Shown: piece by piece, positions 38,324 to 51,300 of the stretch
Position numbering within the stretch: the stretch's first letter is position 1
Layout: each line of letters begins with the position of its first letter
DNA from: Schmidtea polychroa
Lineage: Eukaryota
Length of the DNA: 64,000 nucleotides
Direction: 5' to 3'
NCBI GenBank assembly: GCA_044892525.1
Contig: CM097886.1
Coordinates: forward strand, 100,192,001-100,256,000
Translations under genes and position numbers: made by a program
Notes under the pieces: model-generated
Told to the model about the DNA's origin: nothing
Seen by the model: only the letters and a program-made list of their open reading frames with translations
The model's database searches: none

Positions 38324-39005
38324 AGAGATATTAAGGCCGAGCTGTTGAAAAGTCCAGCCGGTCAGGGAAATTGAAACTGAGCTGTGAAAAGTCCAGCCAG
38401 TCGGAGATATTAAGGCCGAGCTGTTGAAAAGTCCAGCCGGTCAGAAAAATTAAAACTGAGCTGTGAAAAGTCCAGCCAGTCAGAGATATTAAGGCCGAGC
38501 TGTTGAAAAGTCCAGCCGGTCAGGGAAATTGAAACTGAGCTGTGAAAAGTCCAGCCAGTCGGAGATATTAAGGCCGAGCTGTTGAAAAGTCCAGCCGGTC
38601 AGGGAAATTGAAACTGAGCTGTGAAAAGTCCAGCCAGTCAGAGATATTAAGGCCGAGCTGTTGAAAAGTCCAGCCGGTCAGGGAAATTGAAACTGAGCTG
38701 TGAAAAGTCCAGCCAGCCGGAGATATTAAGATCGAGTTGTTGAATAGTCCAACCGGTCAGGAGAAGAAGATTGAGCTGTCGAGAAGTCCAGCCGGTCAGG
38801 AAAAATTAAAACTGAGCTGTGAAAAGTCCAGCCAGTTCGGAGATGAAGAAGATTGAGCTGTTGAATAGTGCCAGCCAGTCGTAAGGCCGAGCTGTTGAAA
38901 AGTCCAGCCGGTCAAGAAAAATTAAAACTGAGCTGTGAAAAGTCCAGCCAGTTCGGAGATGAAGAAGATTGAGCTGTTGAAAAGTGCCAGCCAGTCGTAA
39001 AGGCC
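38324..39005. repeat. Tandem array of alternating 40/39-bp subunits (79-bp dimer), about 17 subunits, degenerating at the 3' end
   Basis: Core GAGCTGT(T)GAAAAGTCCAGCC in every subunit. Confidence 0.95.
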
Positions 39006-40229
39006 TAAAGTAATAGTGAGATAGCATTCAAGCTACAAGTTGATAACATTTAAATTACTAGGGAGATGGAATATTAAAGCTAGCTAGAAGCAAATTGAGT
39101 TTGAAATATGGTATTTGAATTTAGAAAGGATTAAACGAGCTCGTGGGAGGTAATAATGAAATTTTTTTTTCAGTGAGAAAGAGAAACTGAAAAGGAAAAT
39201 GAATTAAAGAGATAATGAAAATAAAGAATAAGTGAGAATAAATGATGAGTAAAAGAGGAAGGTGATTAATTAATTAAAAGGGATCCCAGATGAGTAGACA
39301 AAGTTCTACAGAATTTTTTTGGTTTAAACCGGTTAAACGAATTTTGTTTTGGTTACAGAGTAGAACCAAATAAGGGGAAACAGAGATGAAAGATTAAGTA
39401 AAATAGCGGAACCGCGTAAAAGGATTAAGAAAATATGGGAGGTAATAAGCAGTAACTGACAACGACCTATCGATATTATAAATGCTAACTATAGATAATT
39501 TATACGACTATATAGATAATTGTTACTACCCCAAATAGATAATTTAAAATCGACGAAAAATATGGGTTGATGGGTAATTATATTCCGCGAAGAAGCGTAT
39601 GAGGGGAAATGAAGAGAAGTATAACAGAGGCCCTAAAACGGTGTCTGTGCTTGAATGTGGCAAAAAGGAATGATTGATTCGTGTAAGCAAAGGCAACACG
39701 ATATCATATTTTCATTGTAGACATCAATCCAACCAAGTCAATTCAGAACCAGCTCAAGAGGAATCCAGGGAATATACAAACAACCCAGGAAAAGCAATTC
39801 AGAACCCGCACAAAGGAAAACAATATCAGAACCGAACTCGACCAATTCCGCAGACGCTAACCGTAGAAAAACCCACGTGAAAAGACAGAAAAGAGTAAAA
39901 GGAAAATCACGGATAAACCCAACCTTAGATCTTCAAGTAAGCCAGGGGACGTATTATTTTCAGGAGACGAATTAGATCAACTCAAAAGAGGACGATCATT
40001 TAGGCAGCAGAGAGGAATATCACAAGGAGCAAAAAGACCCCACAAAACACCGATATACGATCAAGAAAACCCCACAGCCGGACATACGCCCAGTCGATCT
40101 AGAAGTAGAGAAAGTCTATCCGATATAACAAACAACCTAACCGGGTCAACAGAAGAATTATCCGTCCATAGTTTAGCTACATCACTAGAAAATTTAAAAG
40201 AAATAATAGCATTTCAAGAACCAATCAAG

Positions 40230-42398
40230 ATGAATGTAGCAAAAACCGACGAATATAAAGAAAAATTTAGAGGCGAACCGTTCAACGGGAATGCGAACAA
40301 GTTGGCAACGTTCATAACAAATTTTGAAGTCTATATCGATGTGTGTGGATGGACATCAGAAGCAATTAGCAAACGGATGCCGTTGTTTTTATGTGATAGC
40401 GCACTCGAAGTGTATCTAGAAGCAAAAGAAAGAAATACGAAATTAGACAATTGGGAAAACATCAAAACATTTTTGAGAAAAACATTCGGAGCCAGCAAAC
40501 CGATAAATCAAGCGTTAGGTGAACTGGCAAGTAGAAAACAAAGAGCAAACGAGTCAATTACGTTATACGCAAGTGAATTGCGAAGATTGGCAAAGAAGGC
40601 CATGAACGGAAACTTGCCGGAGGAAAATTTAATTGGTTACTTCATAGAAGGACTGCGCCGAGAAGAGGTAAGGGCCTCGGTGGGATGTCAAATGTGTAAA
40701 ACACTAGAAGAAGCTATAGATTGGGCCACAAGATGCGAACTACACCTCCCGGCACAAATGAATGTCATGCAAGAGGAGGGAAGAATCGCAACAGCAACGG
40801 TGAAAACGGAAAATGGAGATAACAATAATCATGAACCAAAGATGAATCAGTTTATACCAGGTGCGCATCAAATTTTCAAACCACCACAAGGACGATCAAA
40901 CGGGAATAACAGTGAACGCAACAACTCGAACAATGGGAACAACTTTAATAATCGACGAAATATGAACGATAACAAACAATGCCGAACATGCGGTAAACCA
41001 GGACATTGGGATAGAGATTGTTACCGAAACGCAAATTGCAATAGGTGTGGACGACGAGGACACACGGAAAATATATGCCAATCGAGAGGATGTTTTAACT
41101 GCGGGCAACCAGGTCATATCTCAAGAGACTGTCGAGAAAGGAGCCAACAGCAACGACCACCACAGCGAAATAATAACTATGCACCAAATCCGCAACGACA
41201 AAGTAATCCTAGTGAGGGAAAGCAAATGAATGTGATGCAAGAAATTTCACAAATGAAGCAGATGATGCAACAAATGATGAGACCGAGACAAGAGCAAGTA
41301 CCACAACAAACCCAGAATATACGCATGATGAGAAGCACCGAGAATCTTAACAATTATGAAGTGCAACAACATGCACAAGAATGGCAAAGATTACAAGCTG
41401 AAGAAGAGAGGATAAAAAGAGAGCGAATTCAGCAGCGACAAGAACAACCACTACGAATAAATATGATGAGGATGGTAAAGGAGATAAAGGAGCAATATTG
41501 TTACAACTATGGTAAAAATCCAAGAGTTGTACCTACGAGCGAACCAGAGAAACCGAAGGAAACAATTACAGCAGCAAAAAAGGAAAATTCAACAACACCG
41601 CTAAAAGGAAATCAGAGAATTCAGAAAATATTTTGGAAAAAGATAAAAGATAAAATCGAAAGAGAAAATGAGAAAACAAAAACAGAAGCAGAAGCAGAGA
41701 ATAACGAAAATGAAAAACAGATTAATCATCTAAGTCATGATATGATACGAGAATTAGACTCAGAGGAGCTAACGATATTCGAGAACAAAAAGTTAAAGAA
41801 AGTACCAAGAATGAGAAATTTACGAATTAATATGATGAGGACAACAAAGACGGTGTTGTCAACAGATGACGATGAGGATTATGTGAGTAGCCTTGGTGGA
41901 GAAATGTTACAGTTAAATGAAAATATCGACCAACTAAGAGAGAAGATCGGAACAGAGGAAGAAGAGAGTGAAAGCGACGTAACAAGCGAAAGCGAAGACG
42001 AGAATATCGAAATGAAATTGAGAAAAGAAAGAGAAGAATCGATAAAACAAGTAAAGGAAATACTTCCAGTGGTGGTAAGAAACCAGGAATTCATTGACAT
42101 CATACCATACCGACGCTTCATACAAAAGATAATGAAACTAGAAAGAAACGAAAAAGACCTAATACCAAACGAGGAAAAAGTGATAATAAAGAAGTATATG
42201 GAAAAAATGAAACAAGCGGAGACAACACGGTATGTAATAAAAATCGGAACGAGTAAAGGGCTCGAGAGAATATGGATAAAAAGCAGTCACAGACGACCTT
42301 TTCGATTGGATAAGAGAACATTTGGGCAGCTCGAGAAAGAAAGAATACCTGTATCAATATCAAGGAGAACAAATCAAACCAGACATGCACCTAATTGA
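40230..42398 (+). CDS. gag: Gag: capsid-like region, three CCHC zinc knuckles, Q/N-rich and acidic extensions; the frame is open from 39867
   Basis: PFNGNANKLATFITNFE...GW; RKQRANESITLYASELRRLA; CRTCGKPGHWDRDC, CNRCGRRGHTENIC, CFNCGQPGHISRDC. Confidence 0.93.
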   Translation: MNVAKTDEYKEKFRGEPFNGNANKLATFITNFEVYIDVCGWTSEAISKRMPLFLCDSALEVYLEAKERNTKLDNWENIKTFLRKTFGASKPINQALGELASRKQRANESITLYASELRRLAKKAMNGNLPEENLIGYFIEGLRREEVRASVGCQMCKTLEEAIDWATRCELHLPAQMNVMQEEGRIATATVKTENGDNNNHEPKMNQFIPGAHQIFKPPQGRSNGNNSERNNSNNGNNFNNRRNMNDNKQCRTCGKPGHWDRDCYRNANCNRCGRRGHTENICQSRGCFNCGQPGHISRDCRERSQQQRPPQRNNNYAPNPQRQSNPSEGKQMNVMQEISQMKQMMQQMMRPRQEQVPQQTQNIRMMRSTENLNNYEVQQHAQEWQRLQAEEERIKRERIQQRQEQPLRINMMRMVKEIKEQYCYNYGKNPRVVPTSEPEKPKETITAAKKENSTTPLKGNQRIQKIFWKKIKDKIERENEKTKTEAEAENNENEKQINHLSHDMIRELDSEELTIFENKKLKKVPRMRNLRINMMRTTKTVLSTDDDEDYVSSLGGEMLQLNENIDQLREKIGTEEEESESDVTSESEDENIEMKLRKEREESIKQVKEILPVVVRNQEFIDIIPYRRFIQKIMKLERNEKDLIPNEEKVIIKKYMEKMKQAETTRYVIKIGTSKGLERIWIKSSHRRPFRLDKRTFGQLEKERIPVSISRRTNQTRHAPN

Positions 42399-45300
42399 TG
42401 CATTGATCTGGCCAGGAGAAATTCAAATATTGAAATTGTATAAAGAGAAGCAACCAGCAAATATTCACGAATGGGCTAAAGACGCCAAGGCCGAGTATGA
42501 CTTTAACATCAAGCTGAAGCTGGACCAAATAAAACAATGCACCTTGCGACGAAATCTAGATAAATTAATCAAGCAAATCCAAGAACAAGTTGAGGATAAC
42601 TGGGATTTGCTCATAACAAGACGAACTGCAGACATGCATGAGCTAATGAGCCGATTACGAGATACAGAATTGCTCAGGATGAGTGATTGGAGAACCATAA
42701 ATTTGATCCACAAATACGGAAGATTAAAAGAAACGCAACCGCAGAAATTAGAAATAACCATATGGTTACCAAACGAGGAGAAACGACGAATAAAGATGAG
42801 TAATCAGAGTACGGTGGATGACTTAGTAACCAAGATAAACCAAGAGATAACGGAAAAAGTACGAAGCGAGAGTAACGACGGGATGATAGATGATGTAGTC
42901 ATGATGTACGATAAAATAATACTACGGGCCGAAGACGACACCTCGCTAAGCGAAATGGGAATATGGGATAATCATCAAATCATCAGAATATTGCCCATGG
43001 ACGAATTCCGAACAAGAGATATAACATACCAGAAAGAAATACGAGACAGGATGAAAACGCTATATCAAAAATCAGTAGAGATAATTGAAATTCATCAACA
43101 GTGGCTAAAAGAAAAAGAGCTTCAAGGAAAAATAAAGAAACTAAGTGTTAGATCCTGCAGACGAACCCCATGGGAAAGGATGTGGGATGCGGAAAGCAAA
43201 GAATGGGAAATCAGGAAAGGGATTTTCGTGGAAACAGACATTGGCGAGATAGAAAGCGAACCAGAAGAAGAGGAAGATGAACCTCCAAAATACGAAGAGG
43301 ACGAAATAGAATCGACATCGGACGACGAAAGCGAAACGGATGTCACATCAGAAAGTGAAACGGAAACCAGACATATTCATGCGATGAGGAAGAAAGAACG
43401 CGAATACGCCGATATGGACAGCGAAGAAGCGATGGAAGCTCGAGAACGAGAAGAGAAGGAAAGATATAAACAATTAGGTGATATCTTAGCAACGGGAACA
43501 AAAAATCAAAAACGTCAAGTAATAGCATTGGCTAACATCATCCTAAAGACATCAGAGAATATCCACAATCTAAGAGAAATGGCGAAAGCGATTGAGGAAT
43601 ACCGACAATATAACGAATGGTACCCAGAACAGCTAGAACAAATTATTAGGAAATGGAGAAACCAAGAATGGGCACAAGATACCCAGGAAAGGTATCGTAT
43701 CCGAGTCAAATATCCCGACAAAAGCATTGAGGATACAGAAGTACATCCAACAACAAAAATCAGAGAGTTAAAAAAGAAATTAGCATACGAAACTCCATTT
43801 CACCTACAACTATTCGGAAAATCGTTGGATGATAATGTAGATGTCGGAATAACACCCATGAGATTGGGGGAGATCAATGTATTGACAATGGCAGAAACAT
43901 TGGGAAAACCGATTAAAAGGAAGAGCAAATCCAGTAAACCTACGAAAGGTAGCTTGAGTACACCAAGCCCTAACAAAGTGGCAAGTAAATCGAATGAAAC
44001 CGAGGAAATCGAGGAAATTATATTGGAAGACAGCGATGAAGGAGCTGGAGAAAGATCACCAATTCTGGTAAGATGGCCGACAGGAGCCGAAATATGGACA
44101 ACAAGCCAACCGTCAACTAGCCATCAGCAGCCAAATAAGCTAAGTATCGAGGAGATTATCGATAATACAACAGAAACCGAAACCGACGAACAATTCCAAC
44201 GACAGAAAGGACCAACGAAAGCAACACCAGAAGGTCAAACCGACAAAATAATAGACGAATGGAACGAATGGCTGAGAAACAACGATAGCTCATTACCAAG
44301 AACGGATAACGAGAGAAACCCGAATTATGAAAATACAAGGGAAGCCGGAACAATGATGGAGAAACGGGCAAAAGGGAGACCCAAGAAGCAAGGAGAAAAA
44401 CCGGAATTTAAAACCCGAGAACAGTTGAAGCAAGAACAAGGACAAGTCAGATTAGAGAAACTGGATAAAATAGTGTGGGATCTAAAAGAGGCCCTGCCAA
44501 CTATCGAAAGAGGCGAAAAATGGATACGAGAGCTAGTAAAAGATATGTTAATAGTAACAAACCCGCAATTGAGACGGTTATGGCAACGAAAAGTAGCAAG
44601 CGTAGACGCCAGACAACTATGGAATACAATATCCGGAATAATTCCGAAATTAATCAAAGAGAAGACAAAAACCACTAAAACCGATTGGGAAGAGACAAGA
44701 AGAGTAATTGAACAATTAACGTTAAACGCAAACGACGACGAACATCATTTAGTAGTATTAACGTATCTAATGTACAATTTGATGGGATTAGCAGCAAGGA
44801 AAATACCTAACAAACAATTCGCAAATCATGTAGAAATGACCGTTACAATCATTGAAAATACAATCGAACCACATATTATCCGCGCCGGTGGGTGGAAAAG
44901 ACTCATACAAGCGCCACGAAAAAACGAGCAAGAGAGATCAATGCAAATTCGGTTGAAGAAATTACTAAACGAGCTAGAATGGGAATTGCCATTGAAAGAC
45001 CCAGCCAGCAGAAAAGCGTCGATTAATTCACTAATGATGACCATGATGATATGGATGCTCTGCACCAGTGGAGCCGCGGGATTTACTATTTACGACTGTG
45101 ACAATTCGATAATAGGAGAAAGATACTCCCTGAGAGATATAGAGGAATGTAGACAGGCATCTCCGAATAAATTAGATATAGTAAAAAAGAAAGTCTCCTA
45201 TCACGTATACCAAGAATCAGATTTCATTAGAACGCAAGCTAGAGAATGCGTAGTATCGAAGAAAGTGTTGGCATATTACTGTGGACAATATTCATATTCA

Positions 45301-48300
45301 ACCCTCATATTACCTGGATTAGATAAAGAAATAGTACCTATACAACGGGAAGACTGTAAAGAGCTTTTTAGAACCGGAGCGATGAGAATCAGGGATGGAG
45401 TAACAATACACGGACAAAGCGGAATGATCAAGACAGAAAGTATCTATGTCGCCGGACGAGTAAAATCAACTGATGGATCATGTAACGGAGGCACATATAC
45501 GATCAGAGGAGAGGTGATATCAGGAGTAGTAGTAATTGAGTCCTACACAGTGGAGTTGAAGGAATACGAAGCACAATTCGACGCAAACAACTATCAAATG
45601 AAAACCAACCCAGCATGCAGAGCTACGGAAAACGTGTGTAGAACGGGGATTTCGACTATAATATATGAAGCTAACACCCAAAAATGCCGACTCCAATTGT
45701 TAAAAAGTGCTCTATTCAATGAAGTAAAAGGAGAAATTTACGAAAACGAGGATGACGATGAAGAGAATGGAAACGTAAGGATGCGAAATGGGAAACCAGT
45801 TCCGCCATCCCCCAAAGAAAAGAGACTCATAACCCAAAAAACACCAACGGCATTAATTACAGATGACCCAGATATCGGCATGAGATTCATTAGAGAAAAA
45901 GAGACCACCAAATGTGACAGTATAGTATACCGGACGAACTACGCAGGTATCTACATGTCAAGGCAAGTAATAGACCGAGCAGTGGGAAAGGTAGCAACAG
46001 AGGACGTAAAATTGTACCTGTATGCCAATAACAAAATGGACTTTTTATTTCATCGAGGACAAACGACAATGCAAAAAGTGTATTACGATCTTATACAAAA
46101 TGACTGTTCATTGAATAAAGAGATACTAAAAACAAAATTAGCCATCGCAATAACACACCCAGATAACACAATGCCATCACTCCCGCTACCGGATGGACAT
46201 TTTGGTAGAATGGTGGGAGAGGTAATGTATACATATGCATGTACCAAGACATTTGCGCGACTGCCAAGAAAGCCCACAATTCCACCAGGGAAATGTGCAA
46301 ACGAGTTAGAAATTAGCTACAAAGGGCGGAACAGATTCGTTCAACCCGTCACTCGGATAATGAACCCAATTGGATTTTATCCAAACACCTTTAACTGTTC
46401 AAATGCATACGGACCGTTATATGAAAAACCCGATGGGAAATGGATAATGTTACCAGTAAAAACCGAAGTACAAGAGCCTAAAAAGTTTGGATTAATAGAA
46501 CTCGCAACAGAACAAGATTTCAAACCAATTGATGTGTCAAAGGCTGGTATGTACTCACCAGAGGATTTAGAAACGGCACGATTAAACGTATTATTCCCAG
46601 CAAGACGGGAATCCATTCTATCGAATATGGTTACCATAACTGGGGGAACGAATTTCCAGTCAGGCCCCAATTACGAACTATTATTGTCACCTGATCATTT
46701 TCAACAAGCCACGTCAAACATGATGAAAGCCATGTGGGGAAGATTTCTAGTGTTCGGTCAAATGATGACAGGAATATTGGGAATCATTCTTATTATACAG
46801 ATTGTTAGAGTAATATTAACTCAAATGTTAGCGTGTTTTGATATCTATAAGAGAGAAAAGAAGGTAAATTGGAAATTGATAGTGGGCTTTCTACCATTTT
46901 TGGCAAAAACAATGGTGTTGCACGGTCATTCTAAAGACATACATAGAATAAAACGATTGATCAAAATACTGACAAAAATAAAAGGAACTGACGAGGAAGT
47001 CGGTAGACGATTTCGGAAAACAATGTATGATGAAGCAACAAGGACGCAACTGAAAAAGAACAAACCAAAATTCCTAGACAGATTTAGAAATCGATCAAAC
47101 AGCAGCGATAGTGATGATGACGACAACGGGAATGACAAATACCCATATCCAAGTAGAAACCCGAATGAAAAGCCAATAGAAACAGCGCCATACTGGGAGA
47201 AAGAAAAAACAAATACCTGGATAGCCAACGGAAGTTATATACCACCGGATATCGTTGGACAACAAACAGCTTTGACCATGACACAAAATATGTATCCACA
47301 GTTACCAAGTCAACCAGGTATGAACTATATGCCGACCCGAAGAACGAAAAGTGTAGACCAAGCGGACGACGTAAGAACGATAGCAGTGATGAGTTCACCA
47401 GGAGGTGCGGCAGTAACAGTCATGATCCAAATCAACGGGAAAGAGACAAGCGCAATGATAGATACAGGGGCAAACGTATCAGCAATAGCAATAAACCAAA
47501 TACCCAGTAAATGTTGGAAAGATATCGAACAAACAACTATCCATATTATTGCATGCAGTAAAGAAACCGTAGACGTAGTAGGAAGATGGTGGACTACGTT
47601 ACGATATCAGGATAACGAAATTGAAACGTATCTAGCGGTGATACCCAAACTGAGTGAACCATGTATAATCGGAACGGATTTAATGCCGGAATTGTTTAAG
47701 GAAGTAGTAATCGATTTAACAACAATGTGTCTAAAAGACAAAATGGGTAGAATATGCAAGATGAACGCAATAATTAGATGTCCGGAGAAAATAATTGTAC
47801 CCGCAAAATCACAAATGATATGTCAAATAAAAGTGGATGCAGGAATGGAAGGAGAAGTCATTTTTGAGCCAAGCAAATCATTCGAAAAACGACGAGAATT
47901 ACCATTAGCAAGAGAAATAATAACAATAAATGAAGACGGGGAAATACCAATTAACATCACAAATTTCGAGGAAGAAGACAAGATCATATATGAAAATGAA
48001 AGATTGGGTAGATTGACACCCATGATAGACATCGAATTACCAAAAATCACCAACGAAACAACGAAAGCTGACGAATTATGGATAATTGATAGCACCTTAC
48101 TAACGGAAAAAGAAAAGGAAAGACTTCAACAATTATTGATAGAATATAAAGATATATTCGCAATTTCGGATTTAGATTTGGGAGCATGCGATGTTACACT
48201 ACACGCAATACCATTAATAGACGAAACTCCAATCGCACTACGTCCATACAAACTAGCAGAGAAGCAAAAAGAGATAGCCGAAGCAGAAGTACAAAAAATG

Positions 48301-51300
48301 CTAGATGCACAAGTGATCGAACCAAGTTGTTCGCCATGGCAATTTCCAGTAGTCATGGTGAAGAAAAAAGACGGTACTCAGAGATTCTGTATCGATTATC
48401 GGAAATTAAATGCAGTAACAAAAAGAGACACATACCCTTTACCAGACATCAATGAGATGTTACTTATGTTACAGGGGGCCGCATATTTTACATCTTTAGA
48501 TCTGAAAAGTGGATATTGGCAGATCAAAGTCAAGGAGGAAGACAAAGAGAAAACAGCATTCACATTGGGCCGAGATCTATACCAATTCAGGAAAATGCCG
48601 TTCGGACTGACCAATGCCCCAGCATCATTCCAGAGATGTATGAATTTTGTCACACACGGGATCAAGCAGTGTATGGTATATATTGATGATTTATTAATAT
48701 ATTCAGCAACTTTCGAACAACATTTGGAAGACATTAGAAACGTGTTCATCCGATTACGACAATGGAAATTGAAACTCAAACCATCCAAATGTGATTGGGC
48801 AAAAGAAAAAGTTACGTTCTTAGGACACATAGTGTCAGCAAAAGGCAAAGAACCAGATCCAAGAAACATAGAAAAAATAAAAACATGTCCAGCACCAAAA
48901 ACTGTCACCCAAGTTCAAGAATTTCTCGGATTATGCGGATATTATCGAAAATTCATCAAAAACTATGCAGGTATTGCGAAACCAATACAGGAATTAGTGA
49001 AAAAGGATATTTCATTTATTTGGGGTGCAGAACAACAAAAAGCGTTTGAGACATTGCGAGATAAATTAATTGAAGCCCCAATACTAGTACATCCTGATTT
49101 CAAGAAACCGTTCTTATTAGCAACAGATGCAAGTGGATATGCAGCCGGAGCAATATTGGGACAACTCGACGAAGAAGGAAAAGAAAGAGTGATTGGATAC
49201 TACAGTAGAACGTTTAAAAAGCATGAGAAAAACTATTCCGTAACCGAGAGAGAAGCGTTAGCAATCATACAAGCGATTAAACATTTTCGATATTTGTTAT
49301 GGGGACACGAAATATGTATCACCACGGATCACCAACCATTAGTATGGCTTGGTCAACACAAAGAAGCCTCAAGTAGATTGATGCGATGGGCAATGCAGTT
49401 ACAAGAATATTCACCGTTCATAAAATTCAAAGCGGGAAGAGCGAATGCCAATGCGGATTGTATGTCCAGATTTATCTTTCCAGATTTAGTAGATCACGAA
49501 ATGCAACGAATATGTCTGATGGTAGCAGAAGATTTAGATTTTTGCCAATTACGGAAAGACCAACAAGAGGATACAGAGTTGAAGCAAATCATTGAATATG
49601 TGAAAACAGGGAAAGCAGAGGTATATGAGAAAGATCAAAAATTGAAGGAGCATATGGATAAACATCGACATCGATATATTATCGAGAAGGATTGGTTATT
49701 GATAATGGATGGCGAGAAAAGACTGATGTGCATTCCCGAGAATAGACGTAAAGATCTACTAACACAATACCATGACGGAAGACTCGGAGGACATATGTCA
49801 TCTAAAAAGACGTTGGCACGAATGAAACAAAAGTATTTTTGGCCTACATTGACCGAGGATGTAACGGAATGGGTGAAAAATTGCATAACTTGCGCAACCA
49901 GAAAAAACACGGGAACAAAATGGAAGGCACCATTAAAGCCAATGCCAGTACCAGCGGAACCAATGACAATGATATCAATGGACGTAGTCGGTCCATTACC
50001 AGAATCAGATAGAGGGAATATATATATATTGGTGATTACGGATTATTTGACGAAATTCCCCGAAGCATTCGCAATGGCAGATCAGAAAGCAAGAACAATC
50101 GCAAAAATACTAGTAGAGGAGATATGCTGTCGATATGGAACACCGAAACAGATACTAACTGATCAAGGGACAAATTTCATGAGCGAAATAACGAGCGAAG
50201 TCACCAACTACTTCAAGATCGCAAAATTAAGAACATCACCGTACCATCCACAAACTAATGGGATGACAGAAAGATTCAATGGAACACTGATTCATATGTT
50301 ATCAAATTATGTCGATCGTCATCAACGCGACTGGGACGAGTATATAAAATTATGTTTAATGGCTTACAGAATGTCGATTCACGCGTCCACAAAGATGAGT
50401 CCGTTTAAGTTGATGTACGGTAGAGAATGCAATATGCCAATGGATTTAGAATATCAGCCACCAATATCACAATACATGGAAATAGACGATTATGTAACCA
50501 AGTTCAAGGAAAGAATGCAGGAAATCTGGGAAACTGCAGGATTGAATATAAAATTTTATCAAGAAAGTTACAAAGAGTTACATGATAGAAAGAAAAACGT
50601 CAAACAGCATACGTTTCAAACGGGCGATTGGGTGATGATCGAAACACCAGAATTAATTCCAGGAACCACCAAAAAATTACAACGAAACGGCAAAGGTCCG
50701 TATGAGATTCTATTCATCGGAGAAACCAATGTGAGAGTACGATTAGTGAACAACCCTTTTACAAGACCAATATACGTAAATGTTGCACGATGTAAGCCAA
50801 TACCGAAAACAGCCACCAGCCAGCCGGAAGGGCGAACCTTAACCACAAGATCACAAACATATAGAATAAACATGTTACAGCAGATAAACGAACCAACAGG
50901 TAATCGATTAGGGTTACAACCATCAGAAGCCGAGAAAATCATAAAGGAAGTAAAAGTTAAAATGCCCGGATGGGCAAAAGACAGATTAGATTTTGAGATA
51001 TTGGGCGGTCTGCTAACAATGATCGAAAATTATGCAAACCGAGAAAGAACACACCCATTACTTAGGGTAGTAAAAAGTCAATGGCCTATATTATTTACGA
51101 TCACAGACCATTATGGAGATACACCGCTGCACAAACTTTTAAAGGTCGGGAATAATGAACAAATACTGGAAACGATCGAAGCATTTCGCGACTGTAACAT
51201 TTCGACGGATCAAGAAAATAACCAAGGTTACACCCCACTAATGATAGCAGCCAATCGGGATAAAGCTAAAGATATTATCATCGCATTACTCGAAACTGGG

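Noticed and set aside
38324-39005. CRISPR-like repeat array
   Set aside because: No unique spacers, no cas genes, eukaryotic context; it is a plain tandem repeat.
47770-48020. Active dUTPase between PR and RT
   Set aside because: Only a degenerate dUTPase-like pattern, common in Gypsy elements; the conserved catalytic motifs are not visible.
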